From Eledone cirrhosa (lineage: Eukaryota), in the NCBI GenBank assembly GCA_964016885.1, contig OZ024744.1, forward strand, positions 97,526,001 through 97,590,000: a stretch of 64,000 bases of DNA. The letters run 5' to 3'. The notes beneath the pieces are model-generated. The model had not been told where the DNA came from. It did not search any database and saw nothing but the letters and a program-made list of their open reading frames with translations. The position numbers and the translations under genes were made by a program. Positions 27,914 to 41,235 of the stretch are shown one piece after another. Position 1 is the first letter of the stretch; the number at the start of each line of letters is the position of its first letter.

Positions 27914-29490
27914 CTCTTAACATCCTATAATGTTTTAGCAGAAAATATCTAAAAACAGGTTTTTTTAATTCAAATGTTTACAGTATCTTTACTAATGGAC
28001 AGATTGGTTTGAACATTTTCAGTATTAGAGTAAATTCCCCTAATTTTTAGTGTGATACAATTATAGTACTGTTTTGTACCTTTCAACAATGTCTTGTTAA
28101 TGTGGTTTCATGTGGTACAGGATGTTAATAGTTAATGTGATACAGTCATAGTACTGTTTTGTACTTTTCAACAATGTCTTGTTAATGTGGTTTCATGTGG
28201 AACAGGATGTTAATAGTTACTGTGATACAGTCATAGTACTGTTTTGTACCTTTCAACAATGTCTTGTTAATGTGGTTTCATGTGGAACAGGATGTTAAGA
28301 GTTTATGTGATACAGTCATAGTACTGTTTTGTACTTTTCAACAATGTCTTGTTAGTGTGGTTTCATGTGGTACATGACGTTAACAGTTAATGTGATACAG
28401 TCATAGTACTGTTTTGTACTTTTCAACAATGTCTTGTTAGTGTGGTTTAATGTGGTACAGGATGTTAACAGTTTATGTGATACAGTCATAGTACTGTTTT
28501 GTACTTTTCAACAATGTCTTGTTAGTGTGGTTTAATGTGGTACAGGATGTTAAGAGTCAATGTGATACAGTCATAGTACTGTTTTGTACTTTTCAACAAT
28601 GTCTTGTTAATGTGGTTTCATGTGGTACAGGATGTTAAGAATTAATGTGATACAGTCATAGTAGTGTTTTGTACTTTTCAACAATGTCTTGTTATTGTGG
28701 TTTCATGTGGTACAGGATGTTAACAGTTACTGTGATACAGTCACAGTACTGTTTTGTACTTTTCAACAATGTCTTGTTAATGTGGTTTCATGTGGTACAG
28801 GATGTTAACAGTTAATGTGATACAGTCATAGTACTGTTTTGTACTTTTCAACAATGTCTTGTTAATGTGGTTTCATGTGGTACAGGATGTTAAGAGTTAA
28901 TATGATACAGTCATAGTACTGTTTTGTACTTTTCAACAATGTCTTGTTAATGTGGTTTCATGTGGTACAGGATGTTAACAGTTACTGTGATACAGTCATA
29001 GTACTGTTTTGTACTTTTCAACAATGTCTTGTTAATGTGGTTTCATGTGGTACAGGATGTTAAGAGTTAATATGATACAGTCATAGTACTGTTTTGTACT
29101 TTGCAACAATGTCTTGTTAATGTGGTTTCATGTGGTACAGGATGTTCACAGTTAATGTGATACAGTCATAGTACTGTTTTGTACTTTTCAACAATGTCTT
29201 GTTAATGTGGTTTCATGTGGTACAGGATGTTAAGAGTTAATATGATACAGTCATAGTACTGTTTTGTACTTTTCAACAATGTCTTGTTAATGTGGTTTCA
29301 TGTGGTACAGGATGTTAACAGTTAATGTGATACAGTCATAGTACTGTTTTGTACTTTTCAACAGTGTCTTGTTAATGTGGTTTCATTTGGTACAGGATGT
29401 TAACAATTAATGTGATACAGTCATAGTACTGTTTTGTACTTTTCAACAGTGTCTTGTTAATGTGGGTTCATGTGGTACAGGATGTTAATA
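27914..29490. repeat. piggyBac-type MITE (family B) with its right-end 85 bp amplified ~17x
   Basis: Left end ttaa|ctcttaacatcct. Each 85-bp unit ends caggatgttaagag-ttaa or a variant (tacagtcata at 28141, 28226, 28311, 28396...). Confidence 0.85.
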
Positions 29491-29854
29491 GATAACAGAA
29501 CATTTCCCTAAAATAAAACGATATTTGTTTGCACTGTCAACAGAATAAGCTACGTGCAATCATGCACACAAATTCATTCATTTGAGACACGTTTTCAAAT
29601 ATGTTTATATATAATCAATATAAAATCTTAAATCTGTTATTTTTTTATAATAATTTCTGACATTAGTACAAGGCCAGTTTGGGGGTAGGGGGGCGGGGGT
29701 GGAGGGAGTTTAGTCAAATAATTCGAGACCTGGACTTGACTTTTTTTTTTCTTCTAATGAAAGGCGAAGTTGACCTCAAAAGAGCCTGAAGGAATAGCAT
29801 GGTAAAGTTGACCTTTGCCGTTCATCCTTCTGAGAATGAACAGTACTGGGGTTG

Positions 29855-29907
<53 letters not shown>

Positions 29908-30598
29908 TCCTCCCTTGGAAGAAATCAGCTGTGTTCAGACATGGGGAATGATGGGCATGGCCAGATTTAAAAGACTCAGTGACTCCATTATTAGCTAAAG
30001 ATCCATAACATAGCAACCCAACTGTAACATGTCTCCTCTTCCTCCTCCTCCTCTTCCTCCCTATATATTTCATTCGGGGGGGGGGGTTTCTTATACAGCG
30101 TTCATATTAATTCTTATGTCATAGATTCTTTCCTAAACTAACTATTTCTCATTAGAACAATGATGATGATGATGATGATCATCATCATCATCATCACTGT
30201 TTAACATCCATTTTTCCATGCTAGCATGGGTTAGACATGTTGTCCTGTTTTGAGACAAGTCAGATCAGGTGCCTATATCCTGCTCATACAGAACTGTTTC
30301 TGGTTTGGTTTCTACAGCTGGATGCTCTTCCTAGTGCCAACCACATTTATATGTATATATATATATATATATGCTAGCATAGGTTATACATATATATATA
30401 TTTGTATATATATACTAAAAAAAAAAAATGTGTATATATATATATATTTGTATATATATATAATATATATATATATATCTTGGTGATCTAATGTTCTCCG
30501 GAGTGCATTGTTTGGCTTTCAAAATTTAAATTTGTGTTTCCTATTCAACAATGCTTCAAGCAGGCTACAACAGGACAATTTATCTAATCCATGTTTTC

Positions 30599-30631
<33 letters not shown>

Positions 30632-30632
<1 letters not shown>

Positions 30633-30880
30633 TTCGTTTCTGAATTTGTTTAGCAAGATTCTTTATCTGAAAACGTGTGTTGAAACCGATATTGTTATGC
30701 TTTGGGAGGGTCATGTTGCCAATAAGAAACACACGCACCAGTTGCTTTCACTCCAATTTATTATAAATTAAATTTATAAATTTAAGAATTTATAAATTTA
30801 ATTTATAATAAATTGGAGTGAAAGCAACTGGTGCGTGTGTTTCTTATTGGCAACATGACCCTCCCAAAGCATAACAATAT
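30632..30880. mobile_element. (TA)n-flanked element: 57-bp head plus perfect palindrome (94-bp arms, 4-nt spacer)
   Basis: Arms 30689-30782 and 30787-30880. Head ends ctgaaaa-cgtgtgtt-gaaaccgat (degenerate hammerhead-like). Related copy at 38936-39170. Confidence 0.8.
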
Positions 30881-31601
30881 ATATATATATATATATATAT
30901 AAGGATTAGATAAATTGTCCTGTTGTGAGACAAGTCAGTTCAGATGACCGTGTCTTGCTCAAACGGAAATGTTTCTGGCTTGGTTTCTACAGCTGGATCC
31001 TGCCTAATGCCAACCACATTTGTATCATCATCATCATCATTTTACGTCCGCTTTTCCCTGCTTGCAAGGGTGGGACGGGGACTGATTTTGGCTTGATTTC
31101 TACAGCTGGATGCCCTTCCTAACACCAACCTCATTTACAGTGAGTGCTGGGTGCTTTTTTGCTGTGGCACCTCCACGACCACTTTGCAGTGGAATGATAG
31201 GGACCCCAGTCCCTATCATCTCATTTCTACAGCTGAGTAAACTGGAGCAATGTGAAATAAAGTGTCTTGCTCAAGGAAACAACACATCACTCGGTCTGAG
31301 AATTGAACTCACAACCTTTCGATTGCAAAGCCAATGCTCTAACCACTAAGCCATGTACCTCCATTATATATATACTAGCATGGGTCAGATGAGTTGTCCC
31401 ATGGTAAAAAAGGGCCAGATGGGATGACAGTGTCTTGCTCATACAGAAGTGTATCTGGCTAGGTTTCTACAGCTGGATGTCCTGCCTAATGCCAACAATT
31501 CATATAAACTCCATTTAATCCCTCTCTAGCCTTCATACATTGACTCAGCAGTTTATCATTAGCCTAACAAATAAATATACAGATTTCTACAACTATACTT
31601 T

Positions 31602-31603
<2 letters not shown>

Positions 31604-31642
<39 letters not shown>

Positions 31643-32032
31643 AATACACACACACACACTTACATAAAGACATACACATATGCATACACACACACAGACA
31701 CACACATAAAGACACACACACAGACACACTCATAAAGACACAAACAGACACACAAACACACACATAAAGGCACACACACACACACATAAAGACACACACC
31801 CATAAATACACACTAATACACCAACACATGCAGACATATGCACACACACACAAACGTGCATAGACATACACACACTCACACACACGCACACACACAACTA
31901 TACTTTACATACACACACACACACACACATAAATACACACATACACACACACACTTACATAAAGACACACACACATACACACATGCACACACCCATAAAG
32001 ACACAAACAGACACACAAACACACACATAAAG

Positions 32033-32065
<33 letters not shown>

Positions 32066-32560
32066 TGCATAGACATACATACACTCACACACACGCACAC
32101 ACACAAACATGCATAGACATACACACGCACACACACAAACACACACATAAAGACACAAACAGACACACAAACACACACATAAAGGCACACACACACACAC
32201 ACACACATAAAGACACACACCCATAAATACACACTAATACACCAACACATGCAGACATATGCACACACACACAAACATGCATAGACATACACACACACTC
32301 ACACACACGCACACACACAAACACACACATAAAGACACAAACAGACACACAAACACACACATAAAGGCACACACACACACACATAAAGACACACACACGC
32401 ATAAATACACACTCATACACCAACACATGCAGACATATGCACACACACACAAACATGCATACACATACATACACTCACAGACACACACTCATATACACAC
32501 ACCCATACATACACACACACACACACATAAATGCATGTGCCTGCACACACAGACAGACAC
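31604..32560. repeat. CA-rich compound microsatellite/minisatellite
   Basis: Directly visible; a related GT-rich block lies at 50200-50830. Confidence 0.95.
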
Positions 32561-32675
32561 GTACTAGCTTTCACACATATTAACAAAAAAAAAAAAAAAA
32601 AAGGTCGCAATATCACAAATTATCATGCACAAACAGCACACACCTTGTCTGTCGATCAAACAGAAATAACCAGAC

Positions 32676-32769
32676 CATGTAACAATGGATTACAGCATGC
32701 CATGACTGTGGTAATAAACACAAATACAACCAGCGATTGTATATAAGAATATTTGATGTGGCTTTGCAT
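32676..32769 (-). CDS. Candidate signal-peptide first coding exon (speculative)
   Basis: ATG-started MQSHIKYSYIQSLVVFVFITTVMACCNPLLH+G with a hydrophobic core, in unique sequence. Ends in phase 1, compatible with the 6302 exon, but the donor G|gtctgg is weak. Confidence 0.2.
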
Positions 32770-33319
32770 AACAGGGCAGAACAAGCATGGCAGACTGGGA
32801 AGTTCAGAACTGAAGCATTTGATTAACTATTTAACTATTAATGTCTTGTACCCCATGAAACTATATTAGCAAGAAAGACACTTTTGAGAATTACGAAATA
32901 GCACTATGACTATAGCACATTAAAAAATAAACTTTTTTTCTTTAGTTTACTACTGATGTTCACAATGATCTGTCTATCAGTAAAGTTACTATAAACAATT
33001 GAATTAACAAACTTGTTTGTAGATATTTTCTGCTAAATCATTACAGGATGCCAAGAGCTAGATAAAACTTAGCTTAGCAATAGTCCATACTTGCCTCTTG
33101 TCTATACAAACATTTTCTCTACATCAACTAAACATAAATTGTTAAGTTATCATTATTAACCCTTTCATTATTAACCCTTTCAAATAAAGTACCAGTAATG
33201 AACTGGGTAATTGCTGGCCTTGTGCCTAAAGTAGAAACAATTATTAACCCTTTCATTGCCATATTTCTAATGAAAATGATTACCTATAGTTTTTAAATGA
33301 CTTTGAAAATAATCAAGAA

Positions 33320-33730
33320 TTTGAAGACCTTGGGCGTACTTGGACCCCTTACTGCCGAGCTCCTTCACAAGATCAGAACGTTGGCAGCCCATCTGAGGAG
33401 GGAGCCCCGCGAGGCTGGTTGGCTGTTGCAGCAGGTGTCACGAGCCATTGTCCAGGGGAATGCTTTTGCCGTCTTATCTGTGAAGCACAGCCCTTCTGCC
33501 CCTATGCCCTAGGCCCAATCACCCTCCCCTTCACCCCTCTCCTCTCTTCTTCGACACTAGAGTTCCCTCCCCCTCCCGTTATTTTTTCTTTCTTTTTCTC
33601 TTTTTTCTCTATATTTTTCCTATTCTTTTCTTTCTTAGTTTTCCTTTTCTTTTTTTATTATTGTTGTTATTATTGTTGTCGATATTATGTATATATTATT
33701 CATTTACCCTTTTGTTACCATATTTCTAAT
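33320..33730 (+). mobile_element. 3' fragment of CRE-type (restriction-like endonuclease) non-LTR retrotransposon
   Basis: KTLGVLGPLTAELLHKI...REPREAGWLLQQVSRAIVQGNAFAVL fits the ET.G.(W/L)G...RE...L.QR.S.A.QRGNA C-terminus, followed by a pyrimidine-rich UTR. Confidence 0.75.
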
Positions 33731-33836
33731 AATAGACACGGCCTACGATTTTGAAATATTTTTGTTTAAACTTCATCTAGTAACAGAGAATAATGGAAGT
33801 TATAGATAGCAGAGTAATCAAATTTATCAATGTGGG

Positions 33837-34150
33837 TTAAGGGTCAGTCTGCCTTGTGGTTCTAGCAGTGGACAGGATGGAGAAGACCTTGCCCCAGAGG
33901 ATGGCAAAGGAAACGTGCTGGAACAGCAATTCCATATAGTGGCACTCACACCTGCAGGTAGCCAGCTCCACTCCCATAACAGTGAGTAGGGTTGTAGTCC
34001 GAAGGCCAAGAATGGCAGAAGTCACCACTGCCACAGGCTCAACTACAAACCAATCAGAGAGCGACTGATACTTTGACAGTTTGCTTTCTTCAGCCTGGCA
34101 AGCAGCAAAGCTTGGGTTGGTAGCTGAATGCACCTAGTTGCCACTGGAGA
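33837..34150 (-). mobile_element. CRE-type retrotransposon endonuclease fragment
   Basis: AACQAEESKLSKYQSLSDWFVVEPVAVVTSAILG...LFQHVSFAILWGK (AE..K..KY motif). Confidence 0.75.
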
Positions 34151-35214
34151 GGGGTTTTAGAAACATAACTTTCTTATTATTAAGCTGGTGTTTGGAACAT
34201 AACAATTATTTCTTCATAAAATTCTGGTGGGAGGTTTTAAGATAAATATAAAGACTTTAACTCTTTTGTTACCAAATTTCTAATGAAAAGTGCTGCCTAT
34301 GGTTTTCACTTTTGTTTTTTGATAATCAAAATTTTGAAGGAATTTAATTTAGGCACAAGGCCAACAATTTTGGGGGAGGGGAAAGTCGATTAAATCGACC
34401 TCAGTGCATTCAACAGTTGATCAACTTTCGTCAAATCAGACCAAGGAAACAATGTTTCCATTGGTCTTTCCAGTTGCTAATACTATCTATCGGTCGCAAC
34501 TCCAAGTAGAAGGAGCAACGTGAAATAAAGTGTCTTGCTCAAGAACATAATGCATCACTTGGTCCGGGAATCGAACTCACAACCTCACGATTCTCTAATC
34601 ACAATTCTCTAACCACGCACCTTCATTTCAGTGCATTACTGGTACTTAATTTGATCAAACCCTTAAGGTTGAAAGGCAACGCTAACCTTGGCAGCATTAA
34701 CTCTAAGCTGAGAAGCCTAAATATAATTTACTCTCTTTTTACTAAATTGGTGTTTGGAACATAAAAAAAGTTCTTACATAAAATTAGAAGGAAAAATATT
34801 TAGACAAATATAAACCTTTTGAAAATAAACAGCTGCTTATCCCAGGACCAGGGGCAGTTGCAGACAGTTTGGTTTCAAACAGGTTAAAGAAGCATGTCAT
34901 GCAAACAGATGTTCGAACTAACCAATTCCTTATAGACCCCTGCTTGAAGACATCTGTCTCTTGAAGAAATACTTTCCATTTGCTGCCATGCAATCTGCTG
35001 CCATTGACATGCTTTCAGCCATGCAAGCATTTTATAATTGAAGATGAAAATAAACAAAACTTTAATTCTTCATTTGTCTTAGGTATTGTTAGATGAAAGG
35101 TACATATGATTATAAAAATGCATACATCATACATGCATCCATCCATCCATCCAGTTGGATACATATATATGCTCAATATACATATGCTCATATATATATG
35201 TTCATATTTATGAA

Positions 35215-35251
<37 letters not shown>

Positions 35252-36547
35252 TTACTCAAACACATGCACTGACAATTATTTTTTGTGTATGTGTATGTTG
35301 TGCAAATATATATATATATAATTGTATGTAATCTTTCTTGGGTTTTTTTGTTGTGGGGGATTCTATGATTCTTTCTATCATTGAAATGAAGCGTCGTCAC
35401 AGAAATCTTTAGATAACAACCATAAAGAGATACATGGTGAACATTTTGATTTTGAAACAAAAGACTTGTATATTTCCACTGTTCCATTTACAAATTGAAT
35501 TTACAAAATACATATTTTTCTTTGAAAGCCAGATATCTACTTAGTAACATCACCAAGTCTACCAATGATATCAATAATATAAATGTAAATTTTTTAAGAG
35601 AGATTTGAATAAGATTTCGAATGTTTTCCATCTCACCAGTTATGGAAGAGATATTTCATATTTGCAGGGCAGTTGACTTTTACAACAGTACAACAGTTCA
35701 TAAATTTTGTCTTCTGTTTAAAACAACTTTATCAGAATTAATGTGTTTGCATTTAATGAAAGGTTTGATTGCAATGTTCCCCCATCAATTCTTTCTTTTG
35801 AAATGTATGAATATAAACAATATGTTTATTTCATGTGCAAGAGGTATCAACGAAACCTTCCAGAATTTAGGGTTTAACATTTTTGTATAGTAAATGCTAT
35901 GCAAAATGTTATCACATAATCTAAAAATGCATAGAATGCAGTATATTTTCAATTGATTTTATTCTTACATAATAAATAAACCTCCTGAATTTTGTCCATC
36001 ATTTAACACTTATTTATTTTTACTTTTTTTTGTTCAGTTATGGTTATGAATTTGATGAATTTGCACTGTGGTACATGCCTGAAACATTGATTCATCATTA
36101 TCCTCATCATCATTGTCATTTAATATCCATTGTTCCACACTAGTATGGGTTAGATGAATAGCCCTGTTGTGAGACAAGCCAGGTCAGATGACCATGTCTT
36201 GCTCATACAGAACTGGTTTTGGTTTACACAACATATTTGTGATTGCCACATAGAGAGCTTCTCAAATCCTTTTTACACATGGTCAACATTCTACCATTCC
36301 ATTTTTTTAAAAAAATCATCTATTGGCATTTGTTTTTTTGAGAGAGGGGAGAGGCACGTTCTGTGTCAATTCCAGAACAGTCCCCCACATGAGTGACCAG
36401 CTCTCCCCATGATTGACATTATATATTGTGTTTTAACAATGACAATTAAGTGTTAGCATTCAGGATGAACTCCCATGTCTAAAATCACACCAAATGTAAC
36501 TGGGTAGACAAAGGCAAAGATGCAGCTCAATAGGCACTGCATCCTTT

Positions 36548-37598
36548 ATCTCTTAACATCCTGTAATGACTTAATTTAAAATATCTAAAAACGGATTTGT
36601 TAATTCAAATGTTTATAGTATATTTACTAGTGGACAGATTGTTGTGAACATTTTCAGTATTAAAGTAAATCTTTAATTTTTAATGTTATACAGTCATAAT
36701 GCTGTTTTATACTTTTCAAAAATGTCTTGTTAATGTGGTTTCATGTTGTCTGTTAATCTAAATATTTATAGTACCTTTACTCTTGGACAGATTATTATGA
36801 AAATTTGTAGTATTAGAGTAACGACTTTAATGTTTAATGCGATGCAGTCATAATGTTGTTTCATACTTTCCAAGATTTGGTTTCATGTAGTTTCATGAGA
36901 CTTGATAATTAAAATGTTTACAGTATCTTAACTAGTGGACAGATTGTTGTGAAAATTAATAATATTACAGTAAACACTTTAATATTTAATTTCGTACAGC
37001 TAGTGTGTTGTTTTTTTGATTTTCAACAATCTCTTGCTAATGTGATTTCGTGTGGCTTGATAATTCAAATTTTTACAATATCTTAACTAGTGGACAGATT
37101 GTGGAGAAAATTTATAATATTAAAGTAAACACTTTAATATTTAATGTGATGCAGACATAGTTCTGTTTTGTGATTTTCAACAATCTCTTACTAATGTAGT
37201 TTCATGTGGCTTGATAATTCAAATTTTTACAGTATCTTAACTAGTGGACAGATTGTGGAGAAAATTTATAATATTAAAGTAAATACTTTAATATTTAATG
37301 TGATGCAGACATAGTTCTGTTTTGTGATTTTCAACAATCTCTTACTAATGTAGTTTCATGTGGCTTGATAATTCAAATGTTTACAGTATCTTAACTAGTG
37401 GACAGATTGTGGAGAAAATTTACAATATTAAAGTAAATACTTTAATATTTAATGTGATGCAGACCAAGTGTTGTTTTGTGATTTTCAACAATCTCAAGCT
37501 AATGTGATACAGCCAGTATGTTGTTTTGTACTACTTTTCAAAGATATTTTGCTAATGTTGTTTCATGTGGAACAAAAGATGCAGAGTTGAAGAGTTAG
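36548..37598. repeat. Family B MITE with an internal ~154-bp unit repeated ~6x
   Basis: Left end ctcttaacatcctgtaatg; tggacagatt recurs at 36631, 36784, 36936, 37091, 37245, 37399. Confidence 0.8.
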
Positions 37599-38067
37599 GA
37601 TATAAAAATAAAAAAATTTTTTCAAAAATCATATGCAGCGTTTTCTTTAGAATTGTGGTAATGAAAGTGTTAATCAGTTATATTCTCAACATTTTTTTTT
37701 TTCTGAAATATCAACATATCAATTACAATTTAGTTATATCCTATAGTGTCTTATGCAGAATTTATATTAATATTTGTGCAACAATTTCTTTTCAGTCAAG
37801 AAGCGTGTTTTTACTCAAGTAAAAATTCATGCTATTATGCGGTTATTGGTTTGCTTTTTGTTTTTTGTTTTTGTTTTTTATGCTATATAGCTCTTGTTAA
37901 TGTGTGTATATGTATATTTATTGTTATATATGTTTGTGTACATATGTGAGTGTATGTATGTGTATTTGTGTAATATATATAGTAATAATAATAAATGTGA
38001 AGACTAAAATCCAAAGAGGGCTCGATAAGGATAAATATATATCAAATATATAAGATCCCTAGAGCAA

Positions 38068-38202
38068 ATATTTATTAAAATAACAGATTAAAGTTTCAGC
38101 AAAGAATCACTGCTTTCATCCTAACTGAGTTTCAGAAGATCCCGTTAAGGGTGAAAGCAGCGATTCTTTGCTTAAACTTTAATCTGTTATTTTAATAAAT
38201 AT
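38068..38202. repeat. Palindrome (~65-bp arms) centred on a hammerhead-like core
   Basis: tttattaaaataacagattaaagttt...gctttcatcctaactgagttt-cag-aagatcccgttaagggtgaaagc...ctgttattttaataaa. Single-arm copies at 14-80 and ~5065-5120. Confidence 0.8.
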
Positions 38203-38612
38203 ACATACATATATATATTTATATATATATATATATATATTTATTTATATATAACACATTATATATACATATGTATGTGTGCATATGTGAGTGTATGTAT
38301 GTGTATTTGTGTAATATATATCGATTACACTGGGTAGCATGAGAGACTAGACTCAGCCCCACAATAAATATTTACATTCATCATCTGTATTGAGTACTTC
38401 CTTTTGTTTGTAAACTGAAAATTACATACAATATATTTTGGCTAAAAAAAAAAAAATACGGGTGACTGATGAAAAGGATGCATGGAAACTTTCAGTTCCA
38501 GCCAACCAGTTTCAATAGACTTAAATAAATTATAATTTATCTATATTCCACATGTTTTTTTTCTCCTGTTTACTGCAACAAAGGTGTACATGTGTGTATG
38601 CATGTATGTATA

Positions 38613-38673
<61 letters not shown>

Positions 38674-39162
38674 AGGCACATTCTTTCTGTCTCCGAGGAT
38701 AGTTTATAGAATTTTCTCAACTATTATTTTAGTCAACTGCATTGGGGTGCATTAGAAAATTCATATATATATAACGAAGGAAATGTGGTAAGGAACCAGG
38801 TGGACCATAACGCACCAAAGTACTCAATACTTAGGGTAGTAGAGTGGGTAATAGTCCAGAATTAGCCGTCGAAACGGCTTGAGCTCAGCCGTCGGGGTCT
38901 TACTGATTCCTATATATATTTATATAAATATATATATTTCGTTTTTGAATTTGTTTAGCAAGATTCTTTATCTTAAAGCATGTGTTGAAACTGATATTGT
39001 TATACTTTGACAATATATGAACAACCGTCCGGTTGTGGAACCAACCAACCAACCGGAAATTATAAATTCCTGAATTTATAATTTAATTTAACTTATAATA
39101 AATTGAAGTGAAAGCAACTGGTGCATGTCTTTCTTATTGGCAACATGACCCTACCAAAGTAT

Positions 39163-39194
<32 letters not shown>

Positions 39195-39245
39195 CGTGCT
39201 GTGACCAGCGGTGCCGATTGGCGCCCGACAGACTGGTCGGTCAAG

Positions 39246-39318
<73 letters not shown>

Positions 39319-39421
39319 AATATATATATATAATAAATATATATATAATATATATATATAATAAATATATATATATGATATATATGTATATATATATATA
39401 TATAATAAATATATATATATA

Positions 39422-39459
<38 letters not shown>

Positions 39460-39779
39460 TATATATAATAAATATATATATATATATGATATATATAATA
39501 AATATATATATCATTATCATCATCGTTTAACGTCCATCTTCCATGCTAGCATGGGTTAGACGAGTTGACCCTTAGGGAGAGAATCAAATACGAGGACCAT
39601 GTTTTATACTACATATTTGTGTTTGTGTGTGTGTGTATATATGTGTATGTATGTGTGTGTGTATGTATGTATGTATGTATATGTATGTGTATGTATGTGT
39701 GTATGTATGCATGTGTGTATGAGTGTATGTATGTATGCATGTATGTATGAGTGTATGTATGTATGTATGTATGCATGTA

Positions 39780-39818
<39 letters not shown>

Positions 39819-40203
39819 GTGTGTGTGTATGTATGTACATATGTAGGTATATATTATATATGAATGTATGTATGTATATATTATATATGAATGTATGTAT
39901 GTATATAGTAAGTATGTATGTATATAATATGTATATAGTATGTATGTATGTTTGTACATACATTGATATACAAAACCTCTTATTATAGTCATGTTCCATA
40001 AATCATATATATACATATATATATATATATGCTAATGTTAAACACAAGAAATGCAAAGTTAGGAAGAGTGTGTTATATTATTTATCCAACTCTGTGCTAG
40101 ATATCCAGTCATACTTACTGGTGGTATCTCCTGATCCATCAACTATAGAAAGAAAATACAGACAAACAGTATTGTTTAATTGTTCACTTACCAAACACAT
40201 TAA

Positions 40204-40854
40204 CCCTTTAGCATTTAAACCGGCCATAACCAGCCAGAATTCTATTCTCTCAGCTCATTCTGTTCACATCGACCATAACCGGCCACTCATACTGATGTTA
40301 AGGTATTGTTCTCAAAATAAATAATATCAAAATCTCATAGATTCGATATTGTGTGAGGTACTTACTTATGTTAGATAAAGTGTTTACCATGAAAAAAAAT
40401 AAATAATATCAAAATCTCGTAGATATGATATCATGTGAAATATTTATGTTAGATAAAGTGTTTACCACAAAAATAAATAATTGTTTCTACTTTAGGCACA
40501 AGGCCAGCAATTACCCAGTGCATTACTGGTACTTTATATTTTATCGACCCCGTAAGGAGGATGAAAGGCAAAGTCAACCTCGGCGGGATTTGAACTCAGA
40601 TCGTAAAGGGACGTAACTATGCTGGAAAGCATGGCGTCCGACCCTCTACCGATACTGCCAATCCACCGCCCTAGCATGGCGTCCGACCCTCTACCGATAC
40701 TGCCAATCCACCGCCCTACTGCCAATCCACCACAAAAATAAATAATATCAAAATCTCATAGATAATGATATTATGTGAGTTACTTATGTTAGATAAAGTG
40801 TTTACCACAAAAATACAATAGTAAATATTATAGAGTTATGTAAATGCTAAAGGG
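40204..40854. mobile_element. piggyBac-type family A MITE with nested SINE (~40479-40730)
   Basis: TTAA TSDs; SINE flanked by duplicated ccacaaaaataaataat. Confidence 0.82.
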
Positions 40855-41001
40855 TTAAAACAGCAAAGAAAATAATTAATAAATATAAATATAAAAAATA
40901 AACTAAAAAAAAATAAACAAAATATCAAAGGATATCAAATATCAAATAAACAAAATATCAAATGGGACTAGTAAAGCAACCACAAAAACAACAGCATCAA
41001 T

Positions 41002-41060
<59 letters not shown>

Positions 41061-41235
41061 TAATAATATTGGTTTCTGATTTAGGCACAAGGCCAGCAGT
41101 TTTTTTTTGGGGGGGGGGTGAGTCGATTAAATCGACTCCCCAGTACATTACTGGTTATTTATTTCATCGACATCTGAAAGGATGAAAGGTAAAGCTAACC
41201 TCGGCAAGATTTGAACTCAAAATGTAATGGGTCAT

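Noticed and set aside
38466-38500. CTGATGA...GAAAC hammerhead-like string
   Set aside because: No convincing stem II or stem I pairing; plausible by chance.
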